Positions 37,183-51,311 of a stretch of 64,000 nucleotides of DNA are shown piece by piece. Numbering within the stretch: the stretch's first letter is position 1; every line of letters begins with the position of its first letter. Made by a program: the position numbers and the translations under genes. The DNA comes from Malacoraja senta. Lineage: Eukaryota. The DNA lies in assembly GCA_038087875.1 (NCBI GenBank), contig CM075977.1, forward strand, positions 4,278,001 through 4,342,000, in the 5' to 3' direction. Under the pieces are notes generated by a model. The model did no database searches. It saw nothing but the letters and a program-made list of their open reading frames with translations, and was not told the origin of the DNA.

Positions 37183-38146
37183 GTCAGTCTGAAAGTGTAC
37201 TGTTAATTAGATTAATCCATAGTACGAGCTAAAAATGTTGAATTATAATCTCATCAGATAATTATATTTTATTTCTGGATGGCAGTGGAAGACCTGGCAG
37301 CTCTCAAATTGGTCTTGGGTTTGATTTTAATCATTTGAAATTCAGGAAAACTTCAGTTTTGCCTGTTTTACTGAGAAATGCTGCAAATATCTTTTTTGTT
37401 TGTTTGTGCTACAATCTTTGGTCTTGGTTGTGTAAAATTAAATCGTTCACTGAATTAATCAGAATTGATTCATTTTTGGCCTGTGTTTACAAATTCATTT
37501 AGGAATGGTTGACATCAACAATTATGCCCTGATTCCATTTGCTCAGCTGCACTGTTTTGAGTACAATGTCAAACATTTGCAGATTTTATTTGGTGATGAA
37601 AATTGTGGACCTTGCTTTGCTTTCCGAAACTGTCGGTTTGTTCGCTTTTAACAGGACTGCCAATTCCATTCTGTAAATGAACATTCTTTACGTGGTGACC
37701 AGTTTCAAAGTGTTTCTTCATTCTTTTGTTTATACATATCATTGGGATCAGTTGTTAACAGAATGAAAATAAATAATGATCATTCTATTTACTTTTGTGT
37801 ATCTGTGGTATTGAAGATTTCTATTTATTTTATTGTGATATAACATTGAATTTTAAATGGTAAATAGTTGGCTTGATCCTTTCATATCATTTACAGTTAA
37901 TTGCCAAGTCTGCAGTTTGGCAAAGTATTAATTTGAATAATTGTTCTCTCTTCCACTGTAATATGATTTTCTGAGGCAGAATTTCCATGAAAATCCTTGC
38001 TGAGGGTATAATAAAGATGTGATGTTTAACCAATGGCATTGAAATTGACCCGAAATGTGTTGCAGGAAGTGGAAGTGAAATTTGCTTGAAGTGTGCAACG
38101 TGCACCAATTAAACTTTATTGCATTGGATTGAGTCTAAAATGACAG

Positions 38147-38450
38147 TGACCTGGATTTATATTGTGCCTTTCACATTGTTTTCTTTATACTCCAAGGTTT
38201 TTTCCAACAAATGACTACTCTATAAAAGTACTTCTGTGTTGTGGGAAATGTGACAGCTAGTGTCAGCACAGCAAGCTCCCACAAATATCCATGTGCTGAT
38301 GACCAAATAGTTTTTAGAAATATTATTGAGTGATTTCTATTGGTTGAGGTTTCATGACGATTCCCTGTTGCTCAAAATAGTACATTGACATCTTAAGCAA
38401 CTACCTAACAGTGCAGACAAGGTCTCATCTGAACGAACCTCCACTCCCAA
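38147..38450 (-). mobile_element. Degenerate DeuSINE-like (SacSINE1/AmnSINE1 relative) ancient SINE
   Basis: Collinear blocks gcacagcaagctcccacaaa, gatgaccaaata, aaatagt, gtctcatctgaa resemble the Deu-domain as I recall it; L2-like tail at the left end. Confidence 0.55.
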
Positions 38451-39589
38451 CACATAATACTATTTTTACGTATCTGTTGTGCTGCTGCAAGTAAGAATGT
38501 CATTGTTCCATCATGGGACATGTCAAGAGTCAAGAGAGTTTATTGTCATGTGTCCCTGACAGGACAATGAAATTCTTGCTTTGCTTCAGCACAACAGAAC
38601 ATAGTAGGCATTGACATGTAACTGCAAATCACTCCTGACTTTAGCTGCACACTCTAAAAGAATCAACAAGTGTTGTTGGTGCAACTTTAATTATTTAATC
38701 CTTATTGGGACCACAATTTTGTGACCTCCAGATTGTTAATTGATTTTTGAATTTACTCTTATCAATAGTAGATATCTGTGTTAAATAGTCATTAAAAAGT
38801 GAAGAAAGATAACTTGATTGAAGGCAATCTTTTGAGTCCCACTTTTCCACTATGGTTGAAATATAAAAGTTGATCACACCCTAATGCTGTTGTCTTGTGA
38901 GTTTGATAAGGTCATTTTTTTGTTGTCCTTCCCTACTTGACTTTTTGACATGGTGTGTGCATGTGTGTGGCTTCTACAGTTAAATCTTGGGCATTAGCAT
39001 ATGCTTACTGAATGATTTGATGTTGCAACTGGCATGAGGTTTTTTTTGCTAACTTAAACATTGATATATATATATATATCTCTCTTTATCACGCTAAGGT
39101 AAGTGCAGAATTGTTGTTTAGGTCAAATTGTTCTGATATTCTTTACTTTGGTAAATATTTCCTTTTCACAAGTTTTAGTAGAGAGTACTTTGCTAAGGTA
39201 GAAACATACTATCGTCTGTATTAATTTTGCAGAAATAGCTGCTCTGTTTCCCCTATAATCCTGTTGATCACAATACATAGATCTTTTTGGGAACTTGAAT
39301 ATGTTGACTGTAGCTGAGCTTTGTAATTTTACATAGCAAAGCGATTTGTTGGGTCTCTCTTCCACTTAAAGAATGAAGAAGGTACCAGAGGATTGATGTG
39401 ATGACTGAAGCCTTAAGTATCAACGTAGATTCTTCAACAATGGTTGAATGGTTGAACCACACTTTGGTTTTCCTCAGAAATGAAATATTGTCAGAATCAT
39501 CTGAACTCCAGTAGCTGCAGATATGATAAAATTTCTGAATTAAACTTAAGATATTAAATGTTTCTTTCACATCTGTTGGTTGATATATT

Positions 39590-40200
39590 GACACCCTTAC
39601 TACTAATTAAGAATCTGTCAATCTTCGTCTTTAATTCGAAGATAGATACCAAAAGCTGGAATAAGTCAGCGGGTCAGACAGCATCTCTGGAGAGAAGGAA
39701 TAGGTGACGTTTCTGGTCAAGACTCTCTTCCGACGAATACCCAATGACTTGGGTCTCCACAGCCATTTGTGGCAATGAATTCCAGATTTGCCACCCTTTG
39801 AAAGAGGAAATTCCACCTCATCTCCTTTCTAAAGGTGTGTCCATTCATGCAATGCCCTTTGATCCTAAGCTCTCCCACTGGTGGAAACATCCTCTCCACG
39901 TCCATGAGGTTTGGTGTAGTATTAGAATTGTGATGGTGCTGGCTCGAAGGGCCGAATGGCCTATTCCTGCACCTATTGTCTATTGTCATTCTGGGCCTTT
40001 CACTATTCGGGCCTCATTGAAACCTATTTAACAGCTAAAGGCCTGGATATAGTGGATGTAGAGAGGATGTCTCCACTAGTGGGGGGGGTCTCGGACCAAA
40101 TATGCAAAGCTCAAAATAAAAGGACGCTCCTTTCGGAAGGAGATGAGGAAGAATTTCTTCAGTCAGCGGATGGTGAATCTGTGCTGAATGGGATACTGAG
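39590..40200. mobile_element. Cluster of CR1 3' fragments on both strands with a nested PLE repeat (39635-39735)
   Basis: CR1 UTR and ORF2 C-terminal blocks; gcagcatctctggagagaagg-type PLE block. Confidence 0.75.
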
Positions 40201-40419
40201 GTTTGGTGTAGTATTAGAATTGTGTAGCATCTGCTCTCTTGAGCTTGCTGCACTCAAGAACCTAAATCCCCTTATCTCAAGAATGTGATTCAATTTACAA
40301 ATGTGGCAAAGGAAAATAAGATTCTCAGCGTGTGGGAGTGAGAATTGAAAATAATTTGAGCTGAGGACATTGAAAAGTTCTTCCTAAAATGCTCACAAAT
40401 GCTCACTTTGAATCTTCTG

Positions 40420-42110
40420 GTAAATAGACAATTGGTGCAGGAATAGGCCATTCGGCCCTTCGAGCCACTCAATGTGATCATGGCTGATCATTCACAATCA
40501 GCACCCTGTTCCTGCCTTCTCTCCATATCCCTAAATTCCACTATCCCTAAGTGCTCTATCTAACTCTCTTGAAAGCATCCAGAGAACCAGCCTCCACTGC
40601 CCCCTGAGGCAGCGTATTCCACACATTCATAACTGAAAAACGTTTTCCTCATCTCCGTTATAAATGGCTTGCCACTTATTCTTAAACTATGGCCCCATGT
40701 TCTGGACCCCCCCAACATTGGGAACATGTTTCCTGCCTCTAGCGTGTCCAAACCCTTAATAATCTTATATGTTTCAATAAGATCCCCTCGCATCCTTCTA
40801 AATTCCAGAGTAATACAAGCCCAGCCGCTCCAATCTATCAACATATGACAGTACTGCCATCCCTCAAATTAACCTTGTGAACCTACGCTGCACTCCCTCA
40901 ATAGCAAGAATGTCCTTACTCAAGTTTGGAGACCAAAACTGCACACAATACTCCAGGTGTGGTCTCATTAGGGCCATGTACAACTGCAGGAGGACCTCCT
41001 TGCTCCTATACTCAACTCCTCATGTTATGAAGGCCAACATGCCATTCGCTTTCTTCACTGCCTGCTGTACCTGCATGCTTACTTTCATTGACTGATGAAC
41101 AAGGACCCCCAGATCCCGTTGTACATCTTCTTTTCCCAAGTTGACACCATTTAGATAATAATCTGCCTTCCTGTTCTTGCCACCAAAGTGGATAACCTCA
41201 CATTTATCCACATTAAACTGCATCTACTTTGCATCTGCCCACTCACCCAACCTGTCCCAGTCACCCTGCATCCTCATAGCACCCTCCTCACAGTTCACAC
41301 TGCCACCCAGCTTTGTGTCATCTGCAAATTTGCTAATGTTACTTTTAATCCCATCATCCAAATCATTAATATATATTGTAAATAGCTGCGGTGCCAGCAC
41401 CGAGACTTGCGGTACCCCACTAGTCACTGCCTGCCACTCTGAAAGGGACCTGTTAATTCCTACCCTTTGTTTCCTGTCTGCCAATCAATTTTCTATCCAT
41501 GTCAGCACTCTACCCCCAATACCATGTGCTCTAATTTTTCCCAACTAATCTCTTATGTGGGACCTTATCAAATGCTTTCTGAAAGTACAGGTACACTACA
41601 TCCACTGGCTCTCCCTTGTCCATTATCCTGGTTACATCCTCAAAAAATTCCAGAAGATTAGTCAAGCATGATTTCCCTTTCGTAAATCCATGCTAACTTG
41701 GACCGATCCTGCTACTGCTATCCAATGTGCTGCTATTTCATCTTTTATTATTGACTCCAGCATCTTCCCCACCATCGATGTCAGGCTAACTAGTCCATAA
41801 TTCCATGTTTTCTCTCTCCCTCCTTTCTTAAAAAAGTGGGATAACATTAGGTACCCTCCAATCCACAGATCCTGAATCTATAGAACATTAGAAAATTATC
41901 ACCAATGCGTGCACGATTTCTAGAGCCACTTCCTAAAGTACCCTGGGATGCAGACCATCTGGCCCTGGGGATTTTTCAGCTTTCAATCCCAACAGTCTAC
42001 CCAACACCATTTCCTGCATAATGTGAATCTCCTTCAGTTCCTCCGCCACCCTAGATCCTCTGGCCTCCAGTAGATCAGGGAGATTGGTTGTATTCTCCTT
42101 AGTAAAGATG
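40420..42110 (-). mobile_element. 5'-truncated CR1 ORF2 (RT), degenerate
   Basis: Minus ORFs with SGVPQVSVLAP, FADDTKLGG, FNVDKCEVIHFG. Confidence 0.92.
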
Positions 42111-42555
42111 GGAATAGAAGGCTACAAGACCTATGCGTCAATTTGATTGTATGGTAATTCAATTAATTTTTTTAAAGTATTGCTGCAAAGATATTGTGAA
42201 ACAAGAAACCAATATTTTGACCTTTAAAGTCTTGTTGGTTCCAACATTCATGAAACATGGAGGTATGAATGTTTTTCTCAATTGTGTTTAAGAAAATATT
42301 TGCTTAAAGTCGTCGCCAGTCCTGAATCATAACCATATGCACTGATTTGGTTCCTTCGGTTCTGATAATCAGGTTTTGTTTTTCTCATACTGACTTGCCT
42401 ATTTTCTTCTCCTGAGTCTTTTAGAAGGCAATGTATTGCTTTCTGAATAATCGATTAGAATTTATTTCAAGCAAGATAATTACTATATGAGTACTTTGGA
42501 ATTGGACATGTTGATACATGTTGGATCATAATTGATCAAGTGACTTATCAGGGCT

Positions 42556-44555
42556 ACAATAATTATAGGCAGCATGGAGTAAATGAGGTGCTTGAGGAGT
42601 ATAAAGAATGTAAAAAGAATATTAAGAAAGAAATTAGAAAAGCTAAAAGAAGATATGAGGTTGCTTTGGCAAGTAAGGTGAAAGTAAATCCAAAGGGTTT
42701 CTACAGCTATATTAATAGCAAAAGGATAACAAGGAATAAAATCGGTCCATTAGAGAGTCAGCGTGGACAGCTATCTGCAGAGCCAAAAGAGATGGGGGAG
42801 ATATTGAACAATTTCTTTTCTTCGGTATTCACGAAGGAGAAGGATATGGAATTATGTGAGGTAAGGGAAACGAGCAGAGTAGCAATGGAAACTGTGAGAT
42901 TCAAAGAAGAGGAGGTGCGGACACTTTTGAAAAATATGAAAACGGATAAGTCTCCAGGTCCTGACAGGATATTCCCTAGGACATTGAGGGAAGTTAGTGT
43001 AGAAATAGCAGGGGCTATGACAGAAATATTTCAAATGTCATTAGAAACGGGAATAGTGCCGGAGCATTGGCGTACTGCGCATGTTGTTCCGTTGTTTAAA
43101 AAGGGTTCGAAGAGTAAACCTAGCAATTATAGACCTGTTAGTTTGACGTCAGTGGTGGGCAAATTAATGGAAAGGATACTTAAAGATAATATATATAAGC
43201 ATCTGGATAAGCAGGGTCTGATTAGGAACAGTCAACATGGATTTGTGCCTGGAAGGTCATGCTTGACTAATCTTCTTGAATTTTTCGAAGAGGTTACTAG
43301 GGAAATTGATGAGGGTAAAGCAGTGGATGTTGTCTATATGGACTTCAGTAAGGCCTTTGACAAGGTTCCTCATGGAAGGTTGGTTAAGAAGATTCAATTG
43401 TTGGGTATTAATGGTGGAGTAGCAAGATGGATTCAACAGTGGCTGAATGGGAGATGCCAGAGAGTAATGGTGGATGGCTGTTTGTCAGGTTGGAGGCCGG
43501 TGACTAGTGGGGTGCCTCAGGGGTCTGTGTTGGGTCCACTGTTGTTTGTCATGTACATCAATGATCTGGATGAAGGTGTGGAAAATTGGATTAGTAAGTA
43601 TGCAGATGATACTAAGATAGGTGGTGTTGTGGATAATGAAGTAGATTTTCAAAGTCTACAGAGAGATTTAGGCCATTTGGAAGAGTGGGCTGAAAGATGG
43701 CAGATGGAGTTTAATGCTGACAAATGTGAGGTGCTACATCTCGGCAGGACAAATCAAAATAGGACGTACACGGTAAATGGTAGCGAATTGAGGAATGCAG
43801 TTGAACAGAGGGATCTAGGAATAACTGTGCATAGTTCCCTGAAGGTGGAATCTCATGTAGATAGGGTGGTAAAGAAAGCTTTTGGTGTGCTGGCCTTTAT
43901 AAATCAGAGCATTGAATATAGAAGTTGGGATGTAATGTTAAAATTGTACAAGGCATTGGTGAGGCCAATTCTGGAGTATGGAGTACAATTTTGGTCGCCT
44001 AATTATAGGAAGGATATCAACAAAATAGAGAGAGTACAGAGGAGATTTACTAGAATGTTGCCTGGGTTTCAGCAACTAAGTTACAGAGAAAGGTTGAACA
44101 AGTTAGGTCTTTATTCTTTGGAGCGCAGAAGGTTAAGAGGGGACTTGATAGAGGTCTTTAAAATTATGAGCGGGTTAGACAGAGTGGACGTGGATAAGCT
44201 TTTCCCATTGAGAGTAGGGAAGATTCAAACAAGGGGACATGACTTGAGAATTAAGGGACAGAAGTTTAGGGGGAACATTAGGGGGAACTTCTTTACTCAG
44301 AGAGTGGTAGCTGTGTGGAATGAGCTTCCAGTGGAAGTGGTGGAGGCAGGTTCGATGTTATCCTTTAAAAATAGATTGGATGGGTATATGGACGGGAAAG
44401 GAATGGAGGGTTATGGTCTGAGTGCAGGTAGATGGGACTAGGGGGAAGTATTTTATTTTTAATTAAAAAAAATAATAAAAAAAAATATTTAATGTTCGGC
44501 ACGGACTTGAAGGGCCGAGATGGCCTGTTTCCGTGCTGTTATGGTTATATGGTTA
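42556..44555 (+). mobile_element. Young 5'-truncated CR1 with uninterrupted ORF2 RT (ORF to 44441)
   Basis: ~630 codons without stops; GVPQGSVLGPLLF, YADD; tail ttatggttatatggtt. Confidence 0.95.
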
Positions 44556-45099
44556 AAATTAGCGGTTGCCCGGGTGCCACTGACCACTCAAAGCGCCGCC
44601 GGGCAACCTAAACACCGAGTCACTTTGCCCGGCTTGGCAACCAGATACTGGTTTGTACCGAAGATAGACACAAAAAACTGGAGTAACTCCGCGGGTCAGG
44701 CAGCATCTCTGGAGAAAAGGAACGCAACGTTTCGTGTCGGCGGCGGCTGTGCGGGGCAAAGATACTAGATGCGGGGTGAGGAAAGGTTGGAGCGAATGAC
44801 GGGCCCCGACCAGCAGCGGCCGCGACAGCGGCTCCATCTCCTCCTCCTACCGCCCCCCGCCCGCCCTGATAAGGGCCTCTGCTTGTAAACCCGCTAACGG
44901 CGATAACCGCTTTGAAACAAACCCTCCCGCACGCCGAGGCCTCCCCCTCCCTCCCTCCTCCCGGCCTCGGCGTGCGGGAGGGTTTGTTTCGAAAGCGGTT
45001 ATCGCCGTTAGCCGTTGTCCGAGGAGCGCTGACTTTCCTTCCTCGTCCCCTCCACCCCCTTATCCTGGGACCCCTCCACTCCATCCCGCGTCTATTCAG

Positions 45100-45860
45100 T
45101 CCTCACTGTCATCCCCTGTGCTTCCCTCCCCATCTACCCCCACCCCCCCCATCTATTCATCCTGCGCTGATCACCCTATCCACCTCGCATTGATTCTCCT
45201 GCCACCCCCCCCCCATCCATCCAACACTGCTTCCCCAATTCACCCAGTACTTACCCCTTTCCCATCCATACTGCACTTCTCCATCCATCCTGTACTGATC
45301 CCCCATCCATCCTGTACTAATCCCCCATCCATCCTGTACTAATCCACGCATTCATCCCGTACGAACCCACCCTCCATTTACCCTGCACCTTCCGCCCCTT
45401 CCCTCATTCATCCTGTAGTGATCCCCCATTCATCCTGCACAGACCCTCCGATCCACACTGTACTGATCCCACCATTCAACCTGCGCTGATCTCCCCCCCC
45501 CCCCCATCCATCCTGTACTGATCCTCCCATTCAAGAAGAATGGGGAAACAGTCTGAAGAAGGGTCTCGACCTGAAACCTTGCCGATTTCCTTCGCTCCAT
45601 AGATGCTGCCTCACCCGCTGAGTTTCTCCAGCACTTTTGCGTACCCCTATCCATCCCGTACTGAACCCCCCCCATTCAACACCACTGACATCCCCCATGC
45701 TCTCCCCTCACAATTTTACCTACTCCAACCAACACGTACTAATTCACCTGCCTCAATCCATCCATTCTGCACCGACTGCCTTCTAACCTTCCCCCCCACC
45801 CCCGCCATCTATCCACCCCGCACTGATACACACACACCCCCCTCCCTGACCCTATTGTGC
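45100..45860. repeat. C-rich degenerate minisatellite with an embedded PLE repeat (45548-45640)
   Basis: Repeated CCATCCATCCTGTACTGATCCC-like units. Confidence 0.75.
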
Positions 45861-46979
45861 TGGAAATGTCTTCAGAGCGAACATTGACTATGTTTGATAA
45901 CGGAATGCAATCAAATGTGTTTTAATTCCCAATGTTATTATTTGTTTTAATCCATAAAGATAGATTAATTAAATTGTGAACATGTGAAACATTAAAACCG
46001 CAGTATTCGATTGTCACTGCTACCATTGACACGTTATTACAGAATTCATTTTAACGGCAAATCAATGCTCTTAATATGGAGTATCAGTACTGTAGTTATT
46101 TAATGAGCAACATTCACAACTATACGTACGCATATATTTTACCATGAACCAGGATTTATTGACACAGGTTGATCATATGCTGAGTAATCCAACCACATTT
46201 TTGTTTGGAAGTGGAAAGAACTAATAGAAATTGCATTAATTGCAATGTTTAAAAAGAGTTGAGATACTGTCTTATAATTTTGCTGCATGTCATTGTGGGA
46301 TATATCATGTCTTGATTGGTGAATATGTTTAGTTTGTGACTTTATTTGAAGCAGAAATAATATGTGAATGCTTCATTGAGTATAATTCCGACTGGCAACT
46401 ACGCACTTCGTCCGAGCACATTATCGCACGCGTCATGCAAGCCATCTTAAATGACCACCTAAACTGTCATTTGGCAACCTAAAAAGTTGCCACGGTTGCC
46501 CGGCTGGCAACAGGGGGAAAATGTTAAGCGAGAGCCCTGCTTATGGATGGATGTCTTGTCATTTAGATAAGATAATTATGATGTAGTATTTCAAGCTGTT
46601 TCTGTATATAACAAGGTGCACTTACCAATGTGTTCATTGCCTTCAATTCATTTTTAAAAGTTCAAAGGGCATTTTCCAGTTTACTCTCCAGATCATGTTG
46701 ATTTATTGTTCAGCTATGGCTCTGCAGGCATGGAAAGATCTCCCTTGTACAATATGGTTGTTCTTCATATGCAGAATTTGACCTGTTTGCTGAAAATTAA
46801 ATCTCAGATATTGTCTCAGATATTACAGTCTTCTTCTTGTGTATGGCACGCACAGCCTAAAGTTGTAGGTCAACTTGTTCTATTTGATCTTGTTTGTGCA
46901 CGTCGGGTTGATTTCATTAGTCGAAACAGGGTGGACCACGTGAAGGTTGCAATCTCCCACCCCAGATATTACAGTTGTC

Positions 46980-47700
46980 AGTGCAAATTCAAGTCCCGTA
47001 TTTTGTCACATGCACAAGTATGGTGAGGTACAATGCAAATCTTGTTTGCAGCAGCATCACAGGCACATAGACTCGGCCAAACACATTAAGCCATTAATTT
47101 TACATAAAGACTGCGCAAAAAAAAAATCAAGAAATATGGGTAAAACACAATTGGATAAAAAACATGTCCATGGCAGTGCAAGTGGTGTTTCAGCATGTTC
47201 CACGGTACGATTAGGGTAGTGTGGATTGGTTCAAGAGCCCGATAGTTGTAGGAAGGTAGCTGATACTGAAACTGGTGGTTGGTGACTTCAGGCATCTGTA
47301 CCTCCTGCCCGACCATAGCAGCGAGAAGAGGGCATATGGTGGTGATTATTGATGATGGATGTTGCCTTTTTTTGCCTGTTTGCATTGGTGAACGAGATAA
47401 ATCCACCACTCTCCGTAGCCCCACCATGTTCCTGTGCGTTAGAATTGCTGTGCTTGTCCATGCAACAACTAGCCTGGATACTTTTCACAATACTCATCTG
47501 TAGAAGAGTATTTGTTGATGTGGCAGACTTAAAACTTCTAAAAAGTAGTGGCGCTCATGCACCTTTGTGATTATGACTATGTGTTGGGATCAGAAAAGGT
47601 CATCCAAGATGTTTACAGCCAGGAATTTGAAGCTGCAAACTCTCTCCGCTGCCGTTAGAAATTTGAAGCTGCTATCTCTCTCCCAATGAAAACTGGCATA
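46980..47700 (-). mobile_element. Rex1/Babar 3' fragment
   Basis: Reverse complement of ..ggtcgggcaggaggtacagatgcctgaag (GRRYR-like), homologous to 59380-59895. Confidence 0.65.
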
Positions 47701-48824
47701 TGTGCTAAAATTCAAAAAAAGGGAAGGAAAATAGCTGTCCCAATTTCTGAAGGATCTTAGTATGAAGAATTGGTATCAATTTGTGGTCAGATATTTACAC
47801 TTGGAAAAGCAGGGATTTATAATTGTAGGGATTAATCAGGGATAATCTGCATGGCTTTGTCAGGGAAGATCCTCTTTGACCAATTTGATTGAATTTTTCA
47901 AAGAGATAATGTGAAGTACAGACGAGGGCTGTACGATTGGCGTCTGGGTGATGGCGCTGCTGTTGATGGGACATAGCCAGGCAAGTGATAGGTGGATAAA
48001 AAGTGAGGGGGTTTACTTGGAAAATGAGTGGAGTGACGTTTCGAGATGTAAAGGAGACGAAAAGGTGTCAGGTAAGGAGAGAAGAGGAATGAAATGTAAA
48101 GCCAGAAGGAGGGATATATATGGAAGGAGATGTGTTTGTAGAAGAGGGGCAGGTTATTGGGAGAAATGGGTCTGTTCCAGGGTTATTGTGATGGTTGGGG
48201 GCACAGGGAAAAGTGAAGGAAAAGTGGGGGGTGTGTTACTTAATATTGTAATATAAGAAATATTAATTGTAAGATCATGCCCGTGTCTACTGATTCCACA
48301 CCCATCTCCAACAGACCACACTCTTCATTGCTATCCTCTTGTACTCAATGCACTTGATATTTTCTGTAATCTTATTTGGCAGTGCTATTTTCTTGTAAGC
48401 CCTCTGTTTCTAATTTTTTAAGCAACCCTCTACATGGCCTGTATGCCTGAAAGATCTCTCCCCTGCTTTCAGTGCTCCATACCTGCCATTTCTTTCTTTT
48501 GTTAATTGACGCCAAATATTTATGGAATTTTCTTGGCTCTGAACACCCACCATTTAACCGTAAAAAGACCCCATCTAACCTGCAACTAGGTGTTCCCAGT
48601 CTATGTTGCCAGGTCCTGTCTAATCTTATTGAAATCTGTCTTCCCCAATTCAGACACTTGATTTATGGACTATCTGTACCCCTTTCCATAATTTGCTGAA
48701 ATTTACAAAACTAATTGGGGATAGTTGATGGCAATGTGGTGAAAATAAAATGAGATTAGTGTAAATGGGTGTTTGATTTTTGTGTCAACGGTGGCCCAAA
48801 GAGCATGTTAAATCCAAGGAAGAG

Positions 48825-50860
48825 GCATATAAATTGGCCAGAAGAAGCAGCAAACCAGAGGACTGGGAGAAATTTAGAACTCAACAGAGGAGGACAAAGG
48901 GGTTAATTAAGACGGGGGGAAAAAGAGCATGAAAGAAAGCTTGTGGGGAATATAAAAACTGACTGTAAAAGTTTCTTGCAGTCAGAGACAGGTGTATTTA
49001 TAATGGGGAAACAAGGAAATGGCAGAACAGTTAAACAAGTACTTAGGTTCTGTCTTCACTACGGAAGACACAAACAATCTCCTGGAAATACGAGGGGATC
49101 GAGGATCTAGTGGGTGTGAGGAACTGAAGGGAATCCACATTAGTCAGTAAATGGTGTTTGGTAAACTGTTGGGACTGAAGGCAGATAAATCCCCAGTGCC
49201 TCATGATCTGCATCCCAGAGTGCTCAAGGAGGCGGCCCTGGAAATTGTGGATGCATTGGTGATCATTTTCCAACGTTCTCTTGTCTCTGGATCAGTTCCT
49301 GTGGACTGGAGGGTAGCCAATGTAACTCCGCTTTTTAAGAAAGGAGGGAGAGAGATAATAGTGAATTATAGACCAGTAACCTCATATCGGTAGTGGGGAA
49401 GATGCTGGAGTTGATTATTAAAGATGTTATAGCAGCACATTTGGAAAGCAGTGACAGGATTGGTCAAAGTCAGCATGGATTTATGGAGGAGAAATCATGC
49501 TTGACTAATCTTTTGGAATTTTTTGAGGATGCAACAAGTAGAATGGTTAAGGGAGAGCCAGTGGATGTGGTGTATCTGGACTTTCAAAAAGCCTTTGACA
49601 AGCTCCCACACAAGAGATTAATGTGCAAAAGTGTGGCAATCACCGTGGCGCAGCAGTAGAGTTGCTGCCTAACAGCGAATGCAGCGCCGGAGACACGCGT
49701 TGGATCCCGACTACGGGTGCTGTCTGTATGGAGTTGGTACGTTCTCCCCGTGACCTGCTTGAGTTTTCTCCAAGATCTTAGGCTTCCTCCTACACTTCAA
49801 AGATGTACAGGTTTGTCGGTTAATTGGCTTGGTGCAAAATGTGTTAATGTGCGGAGATCGCTGGTCAGCGCAGACCCTGTGGGCCGAAGGGCCTGTCTCC
49901 GTGCTGTATCTGTAAACATGGTATTGGGATTAGGGTATTGACATGGATAGAAAACTGGTTGGCAGACAGGAAGCAAAGAATAGGAATTAACAGGTCCTTT
50001 TCAGAATGGCAGGCAGTGACTAGTGAGGTGCCGCAAGGCTCGGTGCTGGGACCCCAGTTGCTTACAATATATATTAACGATTTAGACGAGTGAAATTAAA
50101 TGCAACATCTCTAAATTCGCGGATGACACAAAGCTGGGTGGCAGTGTGAGCTGCGAGGAGGATGCAATGAGGCTGCAGGGTGACTTGGATAGGTTGAGTG
50201 AGTAGGCAGATGCAGTATAATGTGGATAAATGTGAGGTTATCCACTTTAGTTGTAAGAACAGGAGGGCAGATTATCATCTGAATAGCGTCAGATTAGGAA
50301 AAGGGGAGGTGCAACGAGACCTGGGTGTACTTGTACATCAGTCACTGATAGTAAGCATGCAGTGCAGTGAAGAAAGCTAATGGCACATTGTCCTTCATTG
50401 TGAGAGGATTTGAGTATAGGAGCAAGGAGGTCCTACTGCAGTTGTACAGGGCCTTGGTGAGGCCGCACCTGGAGTATTGTGTGCAATTTTGGTCTCCTAA
50501 TTTGAGGAAGGACATTATTGCTATTGAGGGAGTGCAGCGTCAGTTTACCAGGTTAATTCCCAGGATGGCGGGAATGACATATGACAAAATAAGGGGTAGG
50601 CCATTTAGGACTGAATGGGGGAAACAATTTTCAACCAGAGAGTTGTAAATCTGTGGAATTCTCTGCCACAGAAGGCAATGGATGTATTCACTGGATGTAT
50701 TCAAGAGAGAGTTAGGTTTAGCTCTTTTGGCTAAGGGAATCAAGGGAATGGGGAAAAAGCCAGAATGGGGTACTGATTTTGGATGATCATATTGAATGGC
50801 AGTGCTGGCTCGAAGGGCTGAATAGGATACTCCTGCACCTATTTTCTATGTATATGTTTC
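48825..50860 (+). mobile_element. Degenerate CR1 ORF2 interrupted by a SINE
   Basis: [36 protein letters not shown]. Confidence 0.92.
49633..49916 (+). mobile_element. tRNA-derived SINE nested in CR1
   Basis: gtggcgcagcagtagagttgctgcc head; gggccgaagggcctgtctccgtgctgtatct tail. Confidence 0.85.
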
Positions 50861-51311
50861 TGTGCTGTATGGCAATCACTTTGTTTGGTTAATATTTTAT
50901 TTTTGCAAGTGGCCTTATTAACATAATTGATGCCAATGCTTGTGAATCCCTTAATTAAATTGGAGAGATGTTACAAGTATGAACTGCCTTTTCAAAATAT
51001 GGTTTAGCTTTTGTTAATTATCAGAGAAATTAAAAGCTATACACAGACATTTTTTAAATTCGGCTAATTGATCTATCTTTGCCCATTAATTTGTTCAACG
51101 GTGTAATAAGTTGTGTGTTTCCTTATCTAAAGGAGCACAAGAACCTAAGAAAATAGGAGCAGGATAGACTGCTTCCCTTATCACGATTACCATGAATACA
51201 ATGGATTGATTGTAATCATGTATTGTATTTCTGCTGACTGGTTAGCACGCAATGAAAAGCTTTTCACTGTACCTCGGTACACATGACAATAAACTAAACT
51301 GAAACTGGCCC

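Larger units (their letters stand above)
42549..46539. mobile_element. hAT-like non-autonomous DNA transposon whose left TIR is interrupted by a CR1
   Basis: CAGGGCT (42549) .. AGCCCTG (46539); GGCAAC/GTTGCC subterminal repeats at 44563-44641 and 46471-46511; flanking CTTAT duplication. Confidence 0.62.
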
